Shown: positions 58,815 through 64,000 of the stretch, one piece after another
Layout: every line of letters starts with the position of its first letter
Numbering within the stretch: the first letter of the stretch is position 1
Source: Planctomycetota bacterium
Lineage (GTDB): Bacteria > Planctomycetota > UBA1135 > UBA2386
Assembly: GCA_965228735.1 (NCBI GenBank)
Contig: OZ245838.1
Span: 1,920,001 to 1,984,000 of the forward strand
Direction of reading: 5' to 3'
Length of the DNA: 64,000 nucleotides
Notes under the pieces: generated by a model
Databases searched by the model: none
Told to the model about the DNA's origin: nothing
What the model saw: only the letters and a program-made list of their open reading frames with translations
Translations under genes and position numbers: made by a program

Positions 58815-58867
58815 CCAATTCGGACCCGGGCGTTACTCCGCATCTCGCGCGCCATAGTATCCGTGAC

Positions 58868-59500
58868 GTGGATGCCCATCAGATTCGCTCCGACATCGCG
58901 CTCGCGCGCCGCGGTGAAACCGAGGCGCTCGACCGGGTGCTGAAAGCCCTCGAGTCGCGACTGCGCGCGGCAGCGACCAACCGACTCGCTGGTCATCTGC
59001 GGGCCCGCATGGGCACCTCCGACCTGCTGCAGTCGACGATGCTCGACATCGCGAAGAACATCGGCGATTTCCGCGGCGAGAACGCGGACCAGCTGCTCGC
59101 GTGGTCGGGGCGCATCATGGACAACAACCTGCGCGACCGCGCCCGCTTCTTCGGTCGCCAGCGGCGACGCGGCGAACACGGCGCCGAGGTGCCGCCCGAC
59201 GCGGTCGCTTCGGGCCCGACGCCGAGCTTCGAAGCGATGCGCGTCGAGCACATCGAGGCGCTGTATCGCGCGCTCTCCGAGCTGCCCGACGACTACCAAC
59301 AGATCCTGCAGCTGCGTGAGTTCGAGAAGCGCGAGTACGACGAGATCGCCGCGACGCTCGATCGCTCGGAAGGCGCCGTTCGGATGCTGATCTCGCGCGC
59401 TCGCGCCGCGCTCTACGTCAAGCTCGACCGCATGCTCGGTGACGACGACGACGGCAACCGCAGTGGCGGCCCCGACCGCGATCGTGGCGATGCCGGCTGA
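58868..59500 (+). CDS. ECF sigma factor, kinase-associated (TIGR02984-like)
   Basis: LRARMGTSDLLQST, TPS..A, LPDDYQQIL.LR, EIAATL.RSEGAVR..ISRAR. Confidence 0.88.
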   Translation: MDAHQIRSDIALARRGETEALDRVLKALESRLRAAATNRLAGHLRARMGTSDLLQSTMLDIAKNIGDFRGENADQLLAWSGRIMDNNLRDRARFFGRQRRRGEHGAEVPPDAVASGPTPSFEAMRVEHIEALYRALSELPDDYQQILQLREFEKREYDEIAATLDRSEGAVRMLISRARAALYVKLDRMLGDDDDGNRSGGPDRDRGDAG

Positions 59501-62297
59501 GCCCAAGGGCGGGTCCGGCCCGTCCCGCCCCGACGACGAGGCCCAGTTCGAGACCCAGCTCGAGCAGCTGCTCGAGAGCTGGTTCCTGCGCCTCGAAAAC
59601 GGCGAAACGCCCGCACCCGACCCGACGGCGCACTGCGCCGAGCATCCGCACATCCTCGCCGCGTTCCTGCGCGTGCTCGGCCATTCGGAAGCCGTCGAGC
59701 ACATGCTCGGCAGCGGCAAGCCCGAGAGCGACCCGGACCGTTCGATGCCAGAACGGCTCGGCGAGTTCGAGGTGCTGCTGCCGATCGGCAGCGGCGGCGC
59801 GGGTAACGTCTACCTGGCGCGCCAGACCTCGCTGCAGCGGCTCGTCGCCCTGAAGGTCCTGCGCCCGAGCGGCGACCTGCGCAGTCGTCAGCGACTGCGT
59901 CGCGAGGCCGAGGTCGCGGCCTCGCTCGAGCACCCCGGGATCGTGCCGATCTACGGCGTCGGCGAGGACGGCGACCGCGCGTGGATCGCGATGAAGTGGC
60001 TCACCGGTCCGGCGCTCGACCAGGTCGACGCGCCGCTCGACAGCAAGCGCGCGGCGACGATCGTGGCCGCGGCCGCGCGCGCGCTGCACGAGGCCCACAC
60101 GGTCGGCATCGTCCACCGTGACATCAAACCGTCGAACCTCGTCCTCGATCAGGAGAGTCCGTGCATCGTCGACTTCGGCCTGGCCCGCGACGGCGACCAG
60201 ACCGTACGGACGACGCTCGAAGGCCACGTCGCGGGCACGCTGCTCTACATGTCACCGGAGCAGCTCAGCAGCGGTGGCGGCTCGACGACGACGCTCGACG
60301 CGCGCACGGACATCTACTCGCTCGGCGCGACGCTCTACGAGCTGCTGGCCGGACGCCCGCCGTTCGAGGAGGACCTGCCGGCCAAGGTCATCCACCGGAT
60401 CCTGTACAGCGAACCACCGGCGCTCGAACGGATCGCCGGCATCGACCGCGACCTCGCGACGATCACCGGGCGCGCCCTCGACAAGGACCGCGAACGCCGC
60501 TTCTCGAGCGCGCTCGCGATGGCCGAGGACCTCGAGCGCTACCTCGCGGGCGAGTCGATCCTCTCGCGACCCGTCGGCCTGACGACGCAGCTCGTTCGAT
60601 TCACGCGCAAGAACCGGCGAGCGACGATCACCGTAGCCTGCGCCGGGCTCGTCGCGATCGTGCTCGCGATCGTCCTCGCCTGGAACGTGCAGCAGCAGAG
60701 TCTCACGCGCGCGGCGACGCTCGCCGACGTCGCGACGCGCATCGACAGCGGCGAACTGCTCGTCGCGCGCGGCCTGCTCGCGCCGCTCCTGGCCGAGGAC
60801 GGCGGCGACGCCGAAGACCTGAACGAGCTGCACGCCCGACTCGTGGCCTGCGAGCGCCTCGAGGACCTGCTCGACCAGGTGCAGGCGTTGCCCGAGGACA
60901 CCATCGGCCCGGAGCTCGAAACGGCACTGGCCGGCCTCGTCGACGACGACCTGCCCGCCGACCGCCGCCTCGCCGCGCGTTTCGTGCGGCCGCTCGGACT
61001 CGCGCTCGCCGGCAAGGTCGATGACGCGATCCCGCTCGCCCGCGCGCTGCCCGAGGGTCGCGCGCGCACGGCGCTGATGCTCGCATTCGGCGGCCACGAG
61101 ACCTGGGACCTGCCGGCGAGCGACGACTCGGCCGATCCGCCGCTCGAACACCTGTTCACGGTGCTCGCGATGCGGTTCGCGAACCGCCCCCTGCCCGAGC
61201 GCCGGGCCGAGATCGATCGCGGCCGAGCGATCGCGTTCGGCGATCCGCGCCTGCGGCTGCAGCACGCGATCCAGTACATCAACGACGACGAGCACCGGCT
61301 GGCCTACGAAGCCCTCAGCGGCGTGCGGCGCGACGGCTCCTACCCGCTCATCGTGCGTCGCCTGCTCATGCGCGAGGCCGTCTGGGTCGATGACCCGGTC
61401 GCGGCGAGATCGCACCTCGACGCGTTGCTGCGCGACTTCCCGCGCGCGAGCTGGTCAGCGTTCGAATCGGCCAGCGTGCTCGAGACGCAGTACTGGCTCG
61501 ACGTGGTCGATCCCGACCTGCTCGCGTGGGCGCGCGACCGATGGCCCGAGAACTGGCTCATCGCCGTGGTCGCGGCCCGAGAACTCGTCACCTCGGACTG
61601 GCAGGCTGCTGCCGCGTTGCTCGCGGACACCGACCAGTTCGCTCGCAACCCCGATCAACGCGAAGAATCGGTACTGCTGCGGCTCTACGCCCTCGCTGCC
61701 CCGCTCCGGAGTTTCTGGGCGCCGACCCAGACCGAGCCGAGCACCGACGAGGCCGAACGGCTCGAGGAACTCGAGCAGGCAGCTGCCGACTTCGCCGAGA
61801 CGGCCACCGATCCCGAGCGCATGGTCGCCGCCAGGATCGTGCAGTCCCGATCCCGGCTCGCTCGCGGCGACTGGGAAGGCGCATTCGCCACGCTCGAGGC
61901 GATCACCGTGGACCCGGCGCCCGAGAAGACCCTCGAACTCGGCATCCACGCGCACAACTGGTTCGCGCACGAGACCCGCAGGGTGCAGGCGTCACCGTGG
62001 GGCCTCGCGATGCTCGAACGTGCCGAGGCGACGTACGGCGGCCGCTACAACCAACGGATGCGCGCGCTCCAAACGGTGTTCGCCGAACTGCTCTCGTCGA
62101 TGCCGAGTCGCCAGCGCATTCTCGGTCGTCCGAGCCGCGCGCTGGCCTACCTGCTGCATGCGGAGTTCTCGCTGTTTGCCCGCGATCCGGACGCCGCTCG
62201 CGAGTCCGTCGAACGAGCGCGTCCGCTCATCTCCCCCGAACTGGACTCGGGCGAGTCGGGCATGCTGCAGATCATCGAACGCCTGTTGTCACGCTGA
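59490..62297 (+). CDS. Membrane Ser/Thr protein kinase with helical C-terminal region
   Basis: IGSGGAG, VALK, HRDIKPSN, DFG, GTLLYMSPEQ, TM; overlaps the ECF stop. Confidence 0.92.
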   Translation: MPAEPKGGSGPSRPDDEAQFETQLEQLLESWFLRLENGETPAPDPTAHCAEHPHILAAFLRVLGHSEAVEHMLGSGKPESDPDRSMPERLGEFEVLLPIGSGGAGNVYLARQTSLQRLVALKVLRPSGDLRSRQRLRREAEVAASLEHPGIVPIYGVGEDGDRAWIAMKWLTGPALDQVDAPLDSKRAATIVAAAARALHEAHTVGIVHRDIKPSNLVLDQESPCIVDFGLARDGDQTVRTTLEGHVAGTLLYMSPEQLSSGGGSTTTLDARTDIYSLGATLYELLAGRPPFEEDLPAKVIHRILYSEPPALERIAGIDRDLATITGRALDKDRERRFSSALAMAEDLERYLAGESILSRPVGLTTQLVRFTRKNRRATITVACAGLVAIVLAIVLAWNVQQQSLTRAATLADVATRIDSGELLVARGLLAPLLAEDGGDAEDLNELHARLVACERLEDLLDQVQALPEDTIGPELETALAGLVDDDLPADRRLAARFVRPLGLALAGKVDDAIPLARALPEGRARTALMLAFGGHETWDLPASDDSADPPLEHLFTVLAMRFANRPLPERRAEIDRGRAIAFGDPRLRLQHAIQYINDDEHRLAYEALSGVRRDGSYPLIVRRLLMREAVWVDDPVAARSHLDALLRDFPRASWSAFESASVLETQYWLDVVDPDLLAWARDRWPENWLIAVVAARELVTSDWQAAAALLADTDQFARNPDQREESVLLRLYALAAPLRSFWAPTQTEPSTDEAERLEELEQAAADFAETATDPERMVAARIVQSRSRLARGDWEGAFATLEAITVDPAPEKTLELGIHAHNWFAHETRRVQASPWGLAMLERAEATYGGRYNQRMRALQTVFAELLSSMPSRQRILGRPSRALAYLLHAEFSLFARDPDAARESVERARPLISPELDSGESGMLQIIERLLSR

Positions 62298-62620
62298 CCG
62301 CCGTGACTCTGGTGTCGGGTGCCAGAAGTTCGTATTCGGCGGCGCTCGAGGACGTTGCGCGCCTGCTCCGATCGCGGCATCGACAGGCGGCACCGCGGCC
62401 TCAACCCCCGCCGCAACCGCCGGTTCGGCGGCGGCCATGCAGCAGGCGCCCAGCAGGCACGGTTGCGCTGCGCGGGATCGGCGCCATCCGCCTGCCCTCG
62501 ATCGGTCCGCGCAGTGCCCTTGACCGCTCTGCGCAGGGTGTTTAGCGAAGAACGAAGCAGCGCCGGTTCGACGTTCGGACCATCACGGCGCCGCGCCACC
62601 GCTCCCTCAGTCTCACTGCC

Positions 62621-63607
62621 ATGCTCAGAACCTCGCTTCGCACCGTCGTAGCCGCGCTGCTTGCGCTGGCGCTCCTGCAGAGCGCCATCGTCGGCCAGAC
62701 CTACTTCCACATTCCGTCCGACACCCCCGCCACCGGCACGTGCAACGTGTTCCCGTGGGGCCAGTCGAGCACCCGCCACCAGCACATCGTCACGGCCGCC
62801 GAGCTCGGCAACGCCGCCACGACGATCAACGACATCGCGTACGCGGCGTGCAACAACGGCACGTTCACGTGCTCGCAGATCCTGATCCGGATGGATCACT
62901 ACACGGGCACGACACTGAACGGAACGTTCGCCTCGAACCTGTCGGCGAACCCGACGACCGTGCTCAACGCGACCAATTGGAGCTACCCGTACGCCCAGCA
63001 CACCTGGGTCGACGTCGGCCTGACGAACCCGTTCAGCTACGACCCGTCGCTCGGCAACCTCGTGATCGACATCGAGTTCTGCGGCGCGTCCGGCGGCAAC
63101 TCGTTCCATCGTGACATCTCACCGCGCTGCTGGAGCAACGGCGGTCCCTGCCCGTCGAACGCGTCCGGCACGGCCGCGATCGGCGCCCTCAAGGTGCGGG
63201 TCTCGACGGGCACCGACGGCAACCACTCGGTGTACGGCCAGGGATGCGGCACGCCCGCGCTGACGCTCTCCGGTTCGGGCATCCCGAACATCGGCGCCAA
63301 CTCGACGACGATCCTGAGCAACGGCACGCCGTCCGCGCTTGCCGCCTACGGCGTCGGCCTGTTCTCGGCGAACACCAGCCTTGCCAGCATCGGCGCACCG
63401 GGCTGCACGATGTACACGAACCCGATCGCGACCGTGCTCGTGGCGCTCGACGGCTCGGGCACCGCGCCGCCGTTCGACATTCCGATTCCGAACAACGCGT
63501 CGTTCGTCGGCGTCATGCTCTACACGTCGGGGGCCTCGGTCGACCCGCCGCAGAACGCCGCGGGTCTGACCACGGCGAACGGCATCGAGACCAGGATCGG
63601 CATGTGA
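62621..63607 (+). CDS. Secreted protein with shared two-Cys C-terminal domain
   Basis: Signal peptide; C-terminal YGQGC...P.IG...GAPGC...IP...FVG...NAAG...NG...IG. Confidence 0.85.
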   Translation: MLRTSLRTVVAALLALALLQSAIVGQTYFHIPSDTPATGTCNVFPWGQSSTRHQHIVTAAELGNAATTINDIAYAACNNGTFTCSQILIRMDHYTGTTLNGTFASNLSANPTTVLNATNWSYPYAQHTWVDVGLTNPFSYDPSLGNLVIDIEFCGASGGNSFHRDISPRCWSNGGPCPSNASGTAAIGALKVRVSTGTDGNHSVYGQGCGTPALTLSGSGIPNIGANSTTILSNGTPSALAAYGVGLFSANTSLASIGAPGCTMYTNPIATVLVALDGSGTAPPFDIPIPNNASFVGVMLYTSGASVDPPQNAAGLTTANGIETRIGM

Positions 63608-63673
63608 CGCCGATCGACGGCCGCGGCGCGCCTGCGGTCGTCGCGCAGCGCCGAACCGCTGCCGGCCAGCGCG

Positions 63674-64000
63674 CTACTGACCGGCGCCCTGCGGCGTTCC
63701 GTGATCCACGATCACGTCCGCGACCTTCTCGAACGTCGGGTTGAGATCGTCGCGGGCATGGACCTCGCCAGAGTCGACCGTCGCATCCAAGAACACGCAA
63801 TAGCGCCCGGGCTCGTCCTCCAACGGCGCGGGATAGGCCGGGAACTCGACGACACCACCGCCCTTTCGGGGGAACCGGAGAACGAACCCGGCAGCCGCGT
63901 GCATCGCGGTGAAGTAGACGCGCGAGTTCGGCAGGAGCGGCTCGGCTTCCAATTCGTTGAAGCCATACCCGAGCTCGCCGTAGCGAATGATGATCTTCGC
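63674..64000 (-). CDS. Hypothetical protein, C-terminal part (start beyond the window)
   Basis: Open frame from the right edge (AKIIIRYGELGYGF...) to TAG at 63674. Confidence 0.55.
   Translation of the reverse strand, partial: AKIIIRYGELGYGFNELEAEPLLPNSRVYFTAMHAAAGFVLRFPRKGGGVVEFPAYPAPLEDEPGRYCVFLDATVDSGEVHARDDLNPTFEKVADVIVDHGTPQGAGQ

Overview
High-GC bacterial DNA, most consistent with an uncultured Planctomycetota-like lineage (inferred from planctomycete-type ECF sigma/Ser-Thr kinase pairs, many large secreted proteins and an lpxC-fabZ fusion). The left ~5.8 kb is an accessory region organised around a duplicated tmRNA 3' end (att-like site, 2080-2105). It contains a PD-(D/E)XK-like ORF running off the left edge, a Cys-His-Asp papain-like protein, an IS256 with intact TIRs and 8-bp target duplication but a frameshifted transposase, and a GGFQ/GGWQ-domain membrane protein followed by an orphan beta-class DNA methyltransferase whose start codon lies in an inverted repeat. 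The 5.9-38 kb stretch is mostly secreted/lipoprotein genes. It also holds a Tat-cupin (PCO/ADO-like) + archaeal-type ThrRS editing-domain pair, two tandem ~940-aa helical paralogues, and an ECF sigma + kinase-FGE gene broken by one in-frame TAG. The 38-48 kb stretch is housekeeping: smpB, tRNA-Leu(CAG), dusB, LysM L,D-transpeptidase, 6S RNA, gnnA-like/lpxC-fabZ/skp, a trans-sulfuration lyase, JAB, acpS and an IS1-like element. The 49-64 kb stretch is a dense signalling block (kinases, FHA-GAF-sigma54 activator, ECF sigmas). The best candidates for undescribed biology are (i) a shared ~125-aa two-cysteine C-terminal domain on four otherwise unrelated secreted proteins, (ii) the cupin/ThrRS-editing pair, and (iii) the island's membrane-protein + methyltransferase module. 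All family calls are from motif recognition by eye; no searches were run.
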